Shown: in pieces, positions 47,173 to 60,559 of the stretch | How positions within the stretch are numbered: the stretch's first letter is position 1 | How the letters are laid out: every line of letters begins with the position of its first letter | Assembly: GCA_002633005.1 (NCBI GenBank) | Contig: NMRA01000552.1 | Location: forward strand, 214,133-278,132 | Source: Phoronis australis | Taxonomy: Eukaryota; Animalia; Phoronida | DNA: 64,000 bases | Reading direction: 5' to 3' | Notes under the pieces: generated by a model | What the model was told of the DNA's origin: nothing | Seen by the model: the letters and a program-made list of their open reading frames with translations, nothing else | Database searches by the model: none | Program-made: the position numbers and the translations under genes

Positions 47173-50100
47173 AAACACTAATGCTAACAATCTCTGATTG
47201 GCTGATATGTCAGTGGTTGATAGGGCATCGACTGCTTATCACATAATTCTACTCCATATTACGGCATTGAGTGGATAGAGTTTACATCTCGTTTTGTCAT
47301 TGTATCACCGATTCTTATTATTTACTGTTTGCTGGTGTAGTAAAATAAAAAGTTCTCCATGCATTTTGTATGGCACCTAGTTGTTCAAACTCCGCGAAAA
47401 AGGTGTCGTCTAAGAGGGCGGACATAGGATACCATCCGTTGCCCTTGTCTTGGTACAAAGCTGTATGCTAAATTAATTCAGAACAAAATACTGTTCCCTT
47501 TAATAAGCAAACTTGGAATCAACGTCTTTTCATTTTACAAACTAAGTGGTGAAGCAAGCTTTCTCTCGCAGATTACAATAAACTGTAAACACAATTCCTG
47601 TTCTTGAGACAACTCTAACACATTAGCAATCGTCTTCTACATAATTCCAAATTCAACCAGTACTTAAAACAGTATGGGATTTCACATTTTCAATTTCATA
47701 AAAATTTTAATACCTTTAATGAGACACTTTCGTAGACAAAAATGAAATCCTCCAGATGGGCCCATTCTTTTCGGAAAGCTCAGGGGGTCCCAGAAAACAT
47801 GTTCACCCTGTTAATGCAGGTGGACCGGAGTCTCTGGAGATGATGTATGTTACAACAAAAATGGTGGATAGTTTTTAAAGATATTTAAAGATAAGAATGT
47901 TATTTTGGTTTAACAATGTCTGCATGGACAGGTCTAAGATTTTATTTTTTCCAACATACCACCAAATTACAATAAAACATATTGTGTAAAGGTACAAAGG
48001 CTAGGATACAGTATTTTTCAAATTAAACTACACAATGTCGTAATTTGACAAGGCTAATAAAGTATTTGTTTCTTTTCCACTACAATACAATCCAATTCTA
48101 TCTAAATCTCAACAAAAGCAACTTATTGCGCAAGACCATTTACAAACAAAAAATTAAGGACAAGACACAATGTCGAGATTCAACTCTGACAAAAGTTCGA
48201 CTACGTGAACTGACAAATTATTCTGGAAGTCTTGGAGACTTCTGTTGAAGTCTGTCTAATTTCTTTTGAAATCTCTTGGTACATGTACCTTTAAAATGCA
48301 ACATAGCAACATTCCGATTTGCATAAATATTCTGATGCAGTAATCAATAATAATTTTTCGATGACAACACTGAGCGGACGATACGGGATTTGTGTTGTGT
48401 AATGAATGGTTCTCATTTGAAAAACAATCCTTCCCCCTACACACTTATCATAACCTTTGACAAATACAGTACTGCAATAAATGTAAAAATTTTCGATGCT
48501 TGCCTTCTGTATACAAGAGCTACTGCACCCACGACTGCAACGCAATTCCAATTTGGAATAAAAAAATGGTCATTAGATAGTACATAATGTGTTAAACCCA
48601 TCCGAATTGAGAAAGTGGCGAATAGATTCCATTTTTGACTAGAGTCTGCCCTAAGTTTAATTTAAAGGAAAAAAATTGATAAAACTTTAAGAATTATAAG
48701 CAAGAATTAATCTTTTCACACCCGATATTTTGTTGGCATCAGGTGGTACATAGTTACATCTAAAATGCTCTCTATCCCCACCAAGCTTTGAACCCAGGAT
48801 TTTCTGCTAACTTGTTAGCCAACACCTGATGTGATCAACATAAGGCATATGTGAAGACCAACGATATCATTCACTGTGCAGTAAAAGAAAAGTGTTCAAG
48901 CATCAGATTAAGGTTATGGGACATCTGAGACAAATGTCTAAACTTGGTAAAGCTGAAAAATATCTTGCAAATGGCTGATAGGATTCCAATAAAAACTTTC
49001 AGATCTTGTACTTTATGCACTGTTCCCCATCAGGCTTTTAGAGATTGTCTTTTGACTGATTTACTTTGGCATGGAAGGGCTAGCTAAAATAGGGACTCTC
49101 AGTAATTTCATGAAAAACTCAACCATGGATTAAAACGAAAAGGGCTACAAAAAAAAAACAGAATCAGCATTCTTCAGATTCCAACTTGAACATTTATATA
49201 AAAATTGGTCGTGTTATCGACTCCAATGCTTCGTTATGAATGTATTCCCTTTTTTCGGAATCTTATTAAAAATATGGTCAAGAGACCCAATTAATGGCAG
49301 ATTAATATATAAAGTCAATATATACAGACTTTCTACTTTTATGAATTAAAGTAGTGTTTTAGAAAGATAAAGGAGCATGCCACCCAAAAACAACCTGATT
49401 TGTATCACTTTAGATCGAGCAGTTCTACTCGATAACTGTACGCACGGTTGCGTTACCTGACACCTGAAGGCAGACGCAGGTGTTGAAATTTCCAATGACG
49501 TAATTGGTTTCACACGCAGTCTGTTCAGCAGTTCACTACACGGTTTACTGGTGTCAGCTTATAGCTTGAATTCATCGTTTAACACCAGTAAATCATCAAA
49601 CGTCGATGTAAAACCCTTAAAAATACACCGAGTTCATATAAAAAAACGTGTTGTTTTATTTTGCTGTTACGGATTTATTGGTATTTGAACACCGTAGCCT
49701 ACAGAATTCGGCAAGTAACTAGGTCCGTAGCAAGAGTTCGGGGTCTGTTCGGAGATAAACTCTAAATATTTTTCCGTGAGACACAGACAGGAGAACCTAG
49801 ATTTGTGTTGTTTAGACTTGTGATTTTTTGAGCTCTAAACACAAAGCTCTTGTTATCTTGGCCAGTGGCTCGGAGCCCAATCAAGTCCGTCAGTCGCGTC
49901 CGGATCTGACTTGTTATCCCGGCCAGTGGCTCGGAAACCGATCAGACCCGTCGCGGCCGGCGGGACTGAAGACATCACGAACATAAATCAGCCAAAGTTG
50001 GAAACTAAGCTTCCATTCAAGAAAACAATATACTAGTGAGTCAGAGAAGTAATGTGCACGTTATTATGTTGGTGAATTAGCCAAGAAACTGCAAATCTAC

Positions 50101-50956
50101 TTACTCGATTGTCGGTGGCCGCGAAGTCAAGCTCCGCTTTGGCAACAGAACCGTCAGGGTAGAAGTTGTACATTGAAAATCATTATTTGGATAATGTAAA
50201 TGTAAATAAAGATTCCCCTAGCACCTGGCAGTAGGATGATAGAAATCGAGTTGTTTCACGACAGTTTTTGTCAGCAAACACTGAATTAGCATGAGCTCAC
50301 ACGGCCTCTGTGTCCCCGCCGTCAATTAGTTTATTCCACCTAAAGCCGGTAACGCAGTGATATATTCATTGCTGGCTTCTCAAATCTTTTGCACTCACGA
50401 GCACTCCAAAGGTATTACAAATTGCATCTAATGAGACAGACCGGCTTGATTCAGTTTTATATTGGTTAGGGTGAGAATGGTACACAACGCGCAGTAATAA
50501 ACGACGCTCAACATGCCAAGTGGCAACTTGACATCCCGACTTAGACAAGAGCTCATCCCGACGAAGACTTCGCAGGTGGATCGTTAAGTTTCACAGGCTA
50601 TCAGTTCGAACCGGAATACAGTGATAAAAAATACTAGAGAGGCGCCGTGAACAAGTTCAGACAACGGAACGTATGGATAGCTTTAAAGTGTAAATTGCAA
50701 GGTCTAAGTATGTTAAATTGTAATTATATTTTCAAGATATTGTTAGTTGGATATATCTTCTTCCAATTATCATGTTATTGTGTCTGTAGTTACGCTAAAA
50801 AGCGAAAATTAAAAAAAATCCGCGAAAAGTTGACCTTTGACACCGTGACATGGTGTTGGGGAACACAAACTAGATCAATATCCCACAATGCAGTTCATCG
50901 CCCATACAAAACAGTGGAAGACGAACAAGGAGCGTTCAATCTTGGCGTGATTTGAC

Positions 50957-52324
50957 ATGGTACATCGGTGTGTGTGCGCCAACTGTGCTAACACCAGCCA
51001 GGTGGAAGGCGTGACCCTATTTAGGTTTCCCAAAGACAAGCATCTGGCTGCAAAATGGCACGTTTTCGTGTGCACTGCTCGTCATTGTAAAATGACTGTC
51101 GAGTCGGCCAGTCTGTCGGAGCCGAAATATGCTCCGACCACTTTGAGGACGGCTGCTTCGACGACAAACATATCATGAAGTTTGAAGCTGGTCTTGTGAA
51201 AAGGTAAGTTATCTTCATAATTTATGGCTTATATCCATGACGCTTTCTCAGTGCTTGAACTATAACGATCTTTTTTCGCAATCACCATAGTTCTCGCGGT
51301 CAACAATTGCTGAGTGTTGCCGGTGGTATTTCTTTGGAATGTTGCCCAGTAGGCTATTTGTTGATTCAACTGTTCTTGGTGTTGTGTGTGTAGCAGCGCT
51401 AGTTGAGCATCATGTTGACCCAATGCAATTTCATTTGCTGATGGTTCTCAAAGTCAAGTCACGCGAAGTCAGTAAGGATCATTTAGGGTATCATATTTTT
51501 GAGAATCATTGTCTTCAGCCAAATTAGAGTGGAGATATACACCTGGTACTATGGGGAGAGCAGCACTTGGGGGGACAATACCATCAGCCCCCTATGGTGC
51601 ACACCGCCCATGCCGATGGGCGGCCCAGCTCTGAAGTAACTACATACATGTACTATAGCCCTGTTGTAGATGTGCTTCCGGTGAATCATATGAGCCTCTG
51701 TTAGCTACTCGCTAATGGGAAATTGCCTATTAGCTGAATGGTTAGCACGCTTGCCGGTTTTATGGGGGTCGTGGGTTCGATTCCTGAGTCGGGTAATCTC
51801 GGCTATTACTACAGCCCCCCCCCCCCCCCCTACGAGGCTATGGTGCGCTTCAGAGACCACTGTATTTGAGCATCAGGAGGTTCTTTGTGGGGTTTTGTCA
51901 ACCAAGTAATAGATGGTGGTGTGCTGACAAAAGTTTGAACTGTTCTAACGATGGTACTTAAGTTGCACGGTTTTGATTATTAAAGTAACCTGCTTCAAAA
52001 ATAAAACAGGGTTAACTCTGGTTTTGGCCTTTGCTTGAAGGTTATAAAAGTAGGCGAAAACTTGCACTTAGGTGACGTCGTGTTTAACTTAAATCATTGA
52101 TTCAAAATGATTTTTACTTTAAATTGCAGTTGTGCTTTTCAGAGTATGTGAACGAAGTAAGGAAGAATACGTTACACTTGTTGCGAAATAAAAGAGAAGC
52201 CAGTGACCTCGAAATTTGTTTGGAAATTGACGCCCCTCCAATGCTGAGTGCTGGTGCTCCAGACGTGTCCAAGGAGGAGGCCGTGGCACGGATGAGGAGC
52301 CGATATCCAGACAAATTCAATTAG
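50957..52324 (+). pseudogene. Kolobok transposase remnant (THAP N-terminus plus C-terminal exon; DDE core absent)
   Basis: MVHRCVCANC..LFRFPKD..KW, then frameshifted ICSDHFEDGCF, donor at 51204; terminal segment EYVNEV..PPMLSAGAPDVSKEEAVARMRSRY* ends at 52324. Confidence 0.8.
51725..51800 (+). mobile_element. tRNA-derived SINE head
   Basis: A box TAGCTGAATGGT, B box GGGTTCGATTCC; no convincing full cloverleaf. Confidence 0.6.
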
Positions 52325-53624
52325 ACTGCTTGTTTTGTCAATGGACAGTACTGATATTTCTTTCCATCACATACATGACAATGAATGATATTGGGGCACG
52401 AAAAGACTGACGACCCACACAGGTACCTTTTCGCCCCCTTACCGATGCATTATATGGGACGGCAACAGTTTACTGTTAATCAAATAAACCTAAAAGCTAT
52501 GCCACAATATTTATAGTCATTATATTGAAGTAACATTGAAATGTTTCAATGTTAGAACATAGTATGTCGCAGGGTTTATACAAAGCGGACAGCCATATGG
52601 CACGCTCAAAAGTGTTTCACGATTTCCAATACTGGTACTATAAATACTCTAGCATTGCTATCTGTACAGCTTTCAAAAAAAAAACCTAAAACATTGGTAG
52701 TGATGAAAATATACATGGGTCGTCAGTCTTCTCGTGTCTGCCAATATCATTCAAATTGTACGACAGAATAATCATTTGCACAGAATCCCAACTCTACTGT
52801 CTAACATTTTCTTGCGAGTTTTTTTGCGAGTGGTCCAAGCACTCTCTCCAGATTTCTCACTTCCTATACATGTGTATAATTTTGTGTGTTTTATACCATG
52901 TCATAGACATCTGAAGCTATTGCATACTGTAGCTTTTGGGTGGAAATTCAGTACTTTGCCACGTCATGGTAGTTAATGTCTTGTTGAATTACAGTAGAAC
53001 TCGGTAAGTTGGAGCCAGTGAGACAGATATTTCATCGAAGTCAAAGTTACTTGGAGGCGTTACAGGAATTAATGCATGCTAGCCTTTCTAGTTTCCAATG
53101 AAGCACTACCAATGTAACGAGTCCTACTGTATAAGAAGAGGGCAGGAGATTCAGTCTCTACCTCAGACAATAGTCCAGATTTTTATGTAACAGCAATATT
53201 GTTGAATGTGTTCACTTGAAACTCACTAACAACTCCAGTGAGACCAATTCCTAAGTAAACCATAACTGATGTTGAGTTTAGAGGTTTATAATGTAGTTCT
53301 AGTAACATTACACTTGTCATGACCATGTCACTATAAGTTCCTGAACATCAATATATGCTACTTTCTTTGTCAATTGTTTACCATTCTGAAAACACAGAAA
53401 TCCATCATGGAATGCCAACTTCATTTTTGTACCACTGAGATTGCGCTGTGATTGCATTCGTTTGTTAGGATATTTGTTCTCTCTATGGAACTTGTCACTT
53501 ATTTCAACTCGTCCAAAGTAGATACTCCCCGAGTCACAAGTTTTAGTAATAGAGTACTTAGGTAATGAGCTGGAGTTGGCATTCCAGGGATAAGACAACT
53601 CGATATATATATACATAAATGAAA

Positions 53625-55425
53625 CTAATAAGAAAACCCTTGAAACTCAAAGTCCTCCTCATTTCCCGGTGGAGGGTAAAAAGCTCTGATGCAGGCTACT
53701 GCGCATGCTGGAATTACAACACGGACAGTTCGTCCTAGGTGACCATGCACCCATCTTTGGAACTGTCTGTAGGCTATGTGTCGCATCCTTTTATCAAAGG
53801 GTCCGTCATAGCCATCCGGATATTGGCTTTTATACTGCAACCATGCAGTCTCCAAAACATCACGATTGATGCACACAGGTTGAAAACTTCCATGGTACAC
53901 GATACATTTTTTTCTTCCGTTTAAGTTGTCCCTCTTCATTTCGTCCTCAAGTTTAGCAATAACTTTGTCGACTTCTTGACAACATACTCTTTCTTCAATG
54001 ACTGCAGTAGTCTGACAGTTGTCACACGTGCACCTGCAAGATGTGACAATATGTATACATTACTTTAGTAAACATCAAAATGTCGAATTGAAAAAATTAC
54101 TGATTTACCAAGAGTGTCTCGGCCAAATTAATTGAGGGTTTGCAATGACCTCAGTTTTCGAGAAGACTGATTGTTGAGCAGCGACCTGTTTAAAACAGAA
54201 CAAAAATGAAACTAAATTCCAAAAAACAAGCTTTGAAACATCACATAAATAGTAAAGATATTTACTTTTCATACAAATGAATACTGCTACACCCAGGGCA
54301 GTGGCAGATCATGCCTGGGGGATATATATATAGGAATGGACATACTTAGTTTGATTTGCTGACACCTGATTCATTGATGGAGGGGTCTGTTTTGTTAATA
54401 ATCGTGAATATTACAGTAAACATTTTTAAAAACTTCTCAATATCCGATGCCTTCTATACTCTTTAGAAACTTTACCAGACGGTTCCTTCCCAAGTCAACT
54501 CGCACCCAAGCCATGTACCAATTTTCACAAATAACAGCAACATTAGGTACATAGGCATGAAAGCATTGACTTACACAAACTAAACCTGGTTAGAAAAACG
54601 TGTGTACATTGCTCTGGGTCCAAGTTGACTTGGCCCTAGAGTATGAAAATGAAGTGACCTGTTTTATAACCCATGGAATTCCCTCCGGCCCCCAGGTAAG
54701 AAAGTCTAAGTTGCAAAATTGCAATTCTTTTTTCCTCTTGTTTACACTACACAGTTGAGTATTGGGAGGTGGTTCTCATTCTTTCCCATGCATACATTTA
54801 TTCACTCACTAGTAAGACTGAGCTCAGGGGAGTAGGAGACAACTTCGTACAATGCCCAATTGTCTGCCAGTGAAAGCCAGGATTCGAACCCGAGTCTCAC
54901 AAACAAGAGTCCGGGGCCCAAACCAATGCGCCACTGTCTACAAATAATGAAAGACCACACATTGTTGAGTGATTTGCGTAAGTGCAACGAGTCCCATTTT
55001 TTATCACTGAAACTGGTACTTATCCACGGCTGAAAAATGATTCATCAGTGGGGACGAGAGCGCCTGGGAGTGACCGGTAAAGCTACTGAACTTAAAATTA
55101 AAAAAGACCAAGTAGTAATTCGCGGTAGTATGATGCATATTTATAATATTCTTACCAGTCACTAACATTCTGTCGCAACTCCTGCGCACCTTCTGCCCGT
55201 TGATATTCACTGCACGAACCGGCTGGGGCTGGATCGTCGACAACCGGAGCAAGGGAAACGGTTCTACTAGAGAGAAGGTGTGAGCACAAATTCAACGGTT
55301 CCTATGGGGTCTGTCGCCTCCTCCTCCACATCCGAAACGTCAGAATCGTCTGAAAACTCCACCTGACCCTCCCTGTATCTTTCAAAATATTCTTCATCTA
55401 CGCTGCTGTACTCACTGGGATCCAT
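53625..55425 (-). pseudogene. KolX / P2X7 cytoplasmic-ballast-like Cys-rich protein gene (2 exons: 55156-55425, 53625-54033)
   Basis: Spliced DW|CTCDNC..ERVCCQE..CIVYHGSFQPVC..RHIAYRQFQRWVHGHLGRTVRVVIPACAVACIRAFYP..FQGF; exon 2 is open, exon 1 has a frameshift near 55270-55300. Confidence 0.85.
54790..54940 (-). mobile_element. tRNA-derived SINE
   Basis: Minus strand A box TGGCGCATTGGT, B box GGGTTCGAATCC, followed by an unrelated body; lies in the KolX intron. Confidence 0.62.
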
Positions 55426-55686
55426 ATTGTTTTCTTTGTGTTCCCCAACACCACGTCACAGATGTGTAACGAAGGAAAATGGCGCCGTTTCTATTTTCCG
55501 TTACAACAATGGCGTTACAACGCCACGGCAACAAATATGTAAATAACTTTTTATAGCGACGTACAATTCAGTTAATGTTAAGAATATAGCAATAATAATT
55601 ATAAACATGAATTTAGAGCATATTGTTGTTCAAATTGGTTGAGACCTTGCAATTTACACTTTAAGCTGGCATTCTTCAGGCACTGT

Positions 55687-55878
55687 CTACGACTGCAGGC
55701 CACAGACACGGAGATGTTTCACGGCCTCACACTTGCTATTTACAGCGTACTTTTCACTCTTCACTACTGCGAGCCACTTCCTAAGCATTTCGAACTCTCG
55801 AGGAAGTCGAAAAAACGATATACCCACTTTCCTCGCAGCTGCATAGTTCGGACAAGCAGGAACGATGCACCGCAACAT
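55687..55878 (-). pseudogene. THAP domain fragment of outer Kolobok transposase
   Basis: MLRCIVPACPN..FFRLP..KW..RVCGLQS*; C2CH THAP pattern truncated before the His. Confidence 0.78.
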
Positions 55879-57133
55879 AGCGGCATTCACTCTGCAAATG
55901 AACCACTGACGTCACTGCGTCGTTTCTCACCTTCCTCACAGGTTAACGCGACACCTCTCGGCAAGGTAAGGTCGACCGTATGCGAGTTGATGTGGATATA
56001 GACCGATTAAGACGGCAAAAAAGACTAATTAAATCGGGTGGCATTCTAGCTCCTTTAAATTCCAAAGTCTGTAGATATTCGTCAATCAGGTGCCACATAA
56101 CCTTATGTCCTGACATTAAATTTTGGGTTACTCATGTTGTTTCATTACATGACAACTGATACTTCTGCCCTCTGATTATCAGGAACACAGTTTGATAATT
56201 TTGACTCACCTAACTGTGGTATAACATTTTTCATTTACGCCACCAGGATGTTACGCAACTAGCAATGTGACCAAAAAGATACTATAAAAATCACCTGACA
56301 CCAAAGCAAGCAGACCATGGCAGTACATTAAAGCATTAAAGAAACACCAGTAGCCATTTAATAAAAGAAATATAGACTGATCTGTTGGGCAGATTAGGTT
56401 ACAAAGACCTGAGAGGGACATATGCTGCATTTAAGGTGATTCATTGGCAAGCAGCTTCAAATGCTGTAACAGCAATGAAATGGGGTCCTCCAACTTTGGA
56501 TAATTTGTTGACCTACAGACAATGCAAAGTCAGCACGAATAGTTATCACCGATTTTGTGTAAGCCATAAAGATGTTCACTAACATGTGCTGTCAATGAGA
56601 CCAGTTGTGTGTCCGTGATTTAGTAGCTTGAACGTCCTGCGTCAGTTGAAGGGGACTCTTCCTCCTATCCGTGACTTTCTGGAACACAGGAAGCTGCTTG
56701 GAACCTGTTGAAAATAAATAGCAAGAATATTTTAAATTCATTTTATGCAAACACGATAATACTACATACAAAACTCTTCAATCAAAAATACGCATTACAG
56801 ACAAAATTGTTTTCATGTTGACGTGCATAATACAGGTGACAAATACATATAGAGCGAGATTTGAAAAGTGAAAAGGATCGAGATTTATTGTCGGTAGGTG
56901 AATGTTTGATCTATAAGAAAACCAAGTAAATGGAGAATCTATTATTCTCTGTTTCCACATTTTGACAATGATAATTTAGTTGTCAGCAGATTCAAACAAG
57001 ATCATCCATCGCATTCAAGTGTTTTATGTACTATGCAGTGGCGGATCTAGGATACCATAAGGGGTGCGGCCCAACATGTTGCCTCAGGGAATTGGGCAAA
57101 GCGCGATTGTATGTGCACAGGGGGCCCGAAAGC

Positions 57134-60052
57134 TGTGGGAGCCGAGGATGTAGACTTTCTGTTCAGAAAATCTAACGGTGGACTAAAAAAAGTTGGAACA
57201 CGATTCCGCCGCGATCTGGGATCTGAGCACCCCTCCATCCGCTACCGATCTTAGTTACTGAACTCTCTTTTTCCTCGCGCTTCACGCTGTTGCTGTTTCA
57301 TTTTGCTATAGACAACTAAATACAACATATAAATGAAAGCGTTGATGGAATAAACACTTTCCTGATAGAAGACAACCTTCAAGGACAGTGACAACTGCAC
57401 AAAAAGCTGAAAATGACCTATCTTGCATAACGAAAAAGCAATATTAACAAAACTTAGATACGTCATTACCTCTGTATGCTCCTCACTCACATGGGAATAT
57501 TTGTATCAAACATTACTGTATGCCACCATGTTTCAGTCCAGTTCTTAAATGTTTTCAACTGTATTTAGAGATGTCGACAACCTGCAAAAGACGCATATTT
57601 ATATGTTACCTCACTCAGTCTAACATGGTTGCTTTTCAAACAGCGAATGCTGGGCAGTGATTTGCAAGATATTGTGCCAAAGCAAGTGGTATGGACAGTA
57701 TTATTTCACTGGGCCACTTTTGTCTGTCTTTACATACATTGGCGTATTGTTATGTGGGTCTGTACTGAGCAGAGAAAGACACAAATATCGTAGGCCAGAA
57801 AAGCCTAATCGTCTCTATGAGAGCATTCAAAACCTGTTAACAAAACCTCAGAGAGTTGTGTTCTGTAACTATTGTCTGGTTGTCATCAATATTTAGATCT
57901 GATGACATCACACAGCATACCAATGAAAAACTAATATTCATCAAATTGCACGTTTAAAAACGAAATTAGTATTTCCACTTTATTTGCCAAAAATAACACT
58001 TATACTCAACAATTGTTATCTGAACTTCTTCCTTAATCATATAGGAATACACATCCTTGCTTAAGGCGATGCTGGCAACGATTGACGCTGTCATAAGTGA
58101 GATATAAAATGAACAAATGAGCAAATTGCGAGCTCTAAGCACTGGCGTATACACGGGGGATCAGGTGGCAGGTACAACGGGGCATGACAAACTGTTCAAT
58201 GCAAAACCCCTCTCGGTACGGTAGATACTACTACTAGTCATTCATTGTATCCTAACTCTTAATACTTTTCATTGCAAAGGTCCCAGGTTGCCGGTCATTT
58301 CAGCCCCTCGGTCATCCACCCAACCATCCCAGCCAAGCCACCTTTGGAAACAATTACCAAGACCAGAATAACATACAGAATGGGCAAAAAAATAATTAAA
58401 ACAGAAACAATAACTCACGACACACGAATTCATGTCCACCATTCGACTGACGGTGAAACTTTACTTAACAGCTCGGCTAAATCACAATCAAGGTCCATAT
58501 TCGAGAGTTGACTGTGTTACGGTCTCAAAGATATATATATTTTTGATCACTTATAGACCGGGATCCCAGAGCTTTTTTGGGCATGAAAAGGTAACCAATT
58601 TTCTTTGGTGCCACAGTGCTCTATGGGTANTGTGGGAGCCGAGGATGTAGACTTTCTGTTCAGAAAATCTAACGGTGGACTAAAAAAAGTTGGAACACGA
58701 TTTCGCCGCGATCTGGGATCTGAGCCCCCCTCCATCCGCTACCGATTTTAGTTACTGAACTCTCTTTTTCCTCGCGCTTCACGCTGTTGCTGTTCATTTT
58801 GCTATAGACAACTAAATACAACGTATAAATGAAAGCGTTGATGGAATAAACACTTTCCTGATAGAAGACAACCTTCAAGGACAGTGACAAGTGCACAAAA
58901 AAGCTGAAAATGACCTATCTTGCATAACGAAAAAGCAATATTAACAAAACTTAGATACGTCATTACCTCTGTATGCTCCTCATTCACATGGGAACATTTG
59001 TATCAAACATTACTGTATGCCACCATGTTTCAGTCCAGTTCTTAAATGTTTTCAACTGTATTTAGAGATGTCGACAACCTGCAAAAGACGCATATTTATA
59101 TGTTACCTCACTCAGTCTAACATGGTTGCTTTTCAAACAGCGAATGCTGGACAGTGGTTTGTAAGATATTTTGCCAAAGCAAGTGGTATGGACAGTATTA
59201 TTTCACTGGGCCACTTTTGTCTGTCTTTACATACATTGGCGTATTGTTATGTGGGTCTGTACTGAGCAGAGAAAGGCACAAATATCGTAGGCCAGAAAAG
59301 GCTAATCGTCTCTATGAGAGCATTCAAAACCTGTCAACAAAACCTCAGAGAGTTGTGTTCTGTAACTATTGTCTGATTGTCATCAATATTTAGACCTGAT
59401 GACATCACACAGCATACCAATGAAAAACTAATATTCATCAAATTGCACGTTTAAAAACGAAATTAGCATTTCCACTTTATTTGCCAAAAATAACACTTTT
59501 ACTCAACAAGTGTTATCTGAACTTCTTCCTTAATCATAAAGGATTACACATCCTTGCTTAAGGCGATGCTGGCAACGATTGACGCTGTCATAAGTGAGAT
59601 ATAAAATGAAAACACTTCCACCAATTACGAGCTCTAAGCACTGGCGTATACACGGGGGATCAGGTGGCAGGTACAACGAGGCATGACAAACTTTTCAATG
59701 CAAAACCCCTCTCGGTACAGAAGATACTACCACTAGTCATTCATTGTATCCTAACTCTTAATCCTTTTCATTGCAAAGGTCCCAGGTTGCCGGTCATTTC
59801 AGCCCCTCGGTCACTCACCCAACCATCCCAGTCAAGCCACCTTTGGAAACAATTACCAAGACCAGAATAACATACAGAATGGGCAAAAAAATAATTAAAA
59901 CAGAAACAATAACTCACGACATACGAATTCATGTCCACCGTTCGACTGACGGTGAAACTTTACTTAACAGCTCGGCTAAATCACAATCAAGGTCCATATT
60001 CGAGAGTTGACTGTGTTACGGTCTCAAAGATATATATATTTTTGATCACTTA
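57134..60052. repeat. ~1.42-kb near-identical duplication across N gap (57134-58553 / 58631-60052)
   Basis: Copies differ by SNPs and small indels; N at 58630. Confidence 0.92.
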
Positions 60053-60559
60053 CCAAATGCAAACTGAATCTCATATGCAAAGAGTTATTTAGTTGTGCAA
60101 ATTAAAAAAGAATCATCAAAATCAGACAATGTTCAAGAAATTTATGAATGTTTTTGTCTATGAATTTCAAGCATTTTTAGCGTTACGAGTGGCCACTTTA
60201 AAAATCACAATGTCAACAGTAAAAACGAAATTTATTTTACCAAGTAAGCAATTGCTTAGATATGACTGGAAAAAACTCGAGTCACTTTCAGAATCACTTA
60301 GGTGAAATTGTGCTTAATCATTGAGAAATGGTGGGGTTCATCATAAAGCAGGCACTGGTTACGAAATTTGTGAATTCTGTGTTTCTAACCCTCATTTACT
60401 GTAAAGAAGGTTAAAACCTAAAGTTCACACTCTGTAATAAAAAGAACTGCAGAATATATTAGCCTAGACAACACAGCAAATTATTCATATATCTTAACAA
60501 ACCAAAAGTTTGGATATTGAATGGGTTCTGCTATGTTGCAAATGGGTCAAAAGGCGAAC

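Larger units (their letters stand above)
50687..55660 (+). mobile_element. Inner Kolobok DNA transposon (internally deleted)
   Basis: Perfect 19-bp TIR AGTGTAAATTGCAAGGTCT with TTAA TSD (50683-6, 55661-4); convergent THAP-transposase and KolX genes. Confidence 0.88.
49371..56054 (-). mobile_element. Outer Kolobok-type DNA transposon relic
   Basis: Ends AGGAGCATGCCACCC / GGGTGGCATTCTAGCTCCT; flanks ATAA and TTAA; THAP fragment at right end (-), KolX-like N-terminal fragment (GYQFEPEYSD, ~50560-50640, +). Confidence 0.7.

Noticed and set aside
51725-51800. Functional tRNA gene (also 54870-54940)
   Set aside because: A/B boxes are present but the stems do not pair into a proper cloverleaf; more consistent with SINE heads.
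53625-54033. P2X7 purinoceptor gene
   Set aside because: Only the cytoplasmic ballast-like domain is present. There are no transmembrane or ectodomain exons, and it lies between transposon TIRs.
49371-56054. Composite Kolobok with long terminal direct repeats
   Set aside because: The left and right arms are not direct repeats; a nested insertion explains the two TIR pairs better.
56580-56704. Minus-strand exon-like segment with a strong acceptor at ~56705
   Set aside because: All three frames stop within ~40 codons and no partner coding exons could be linked.
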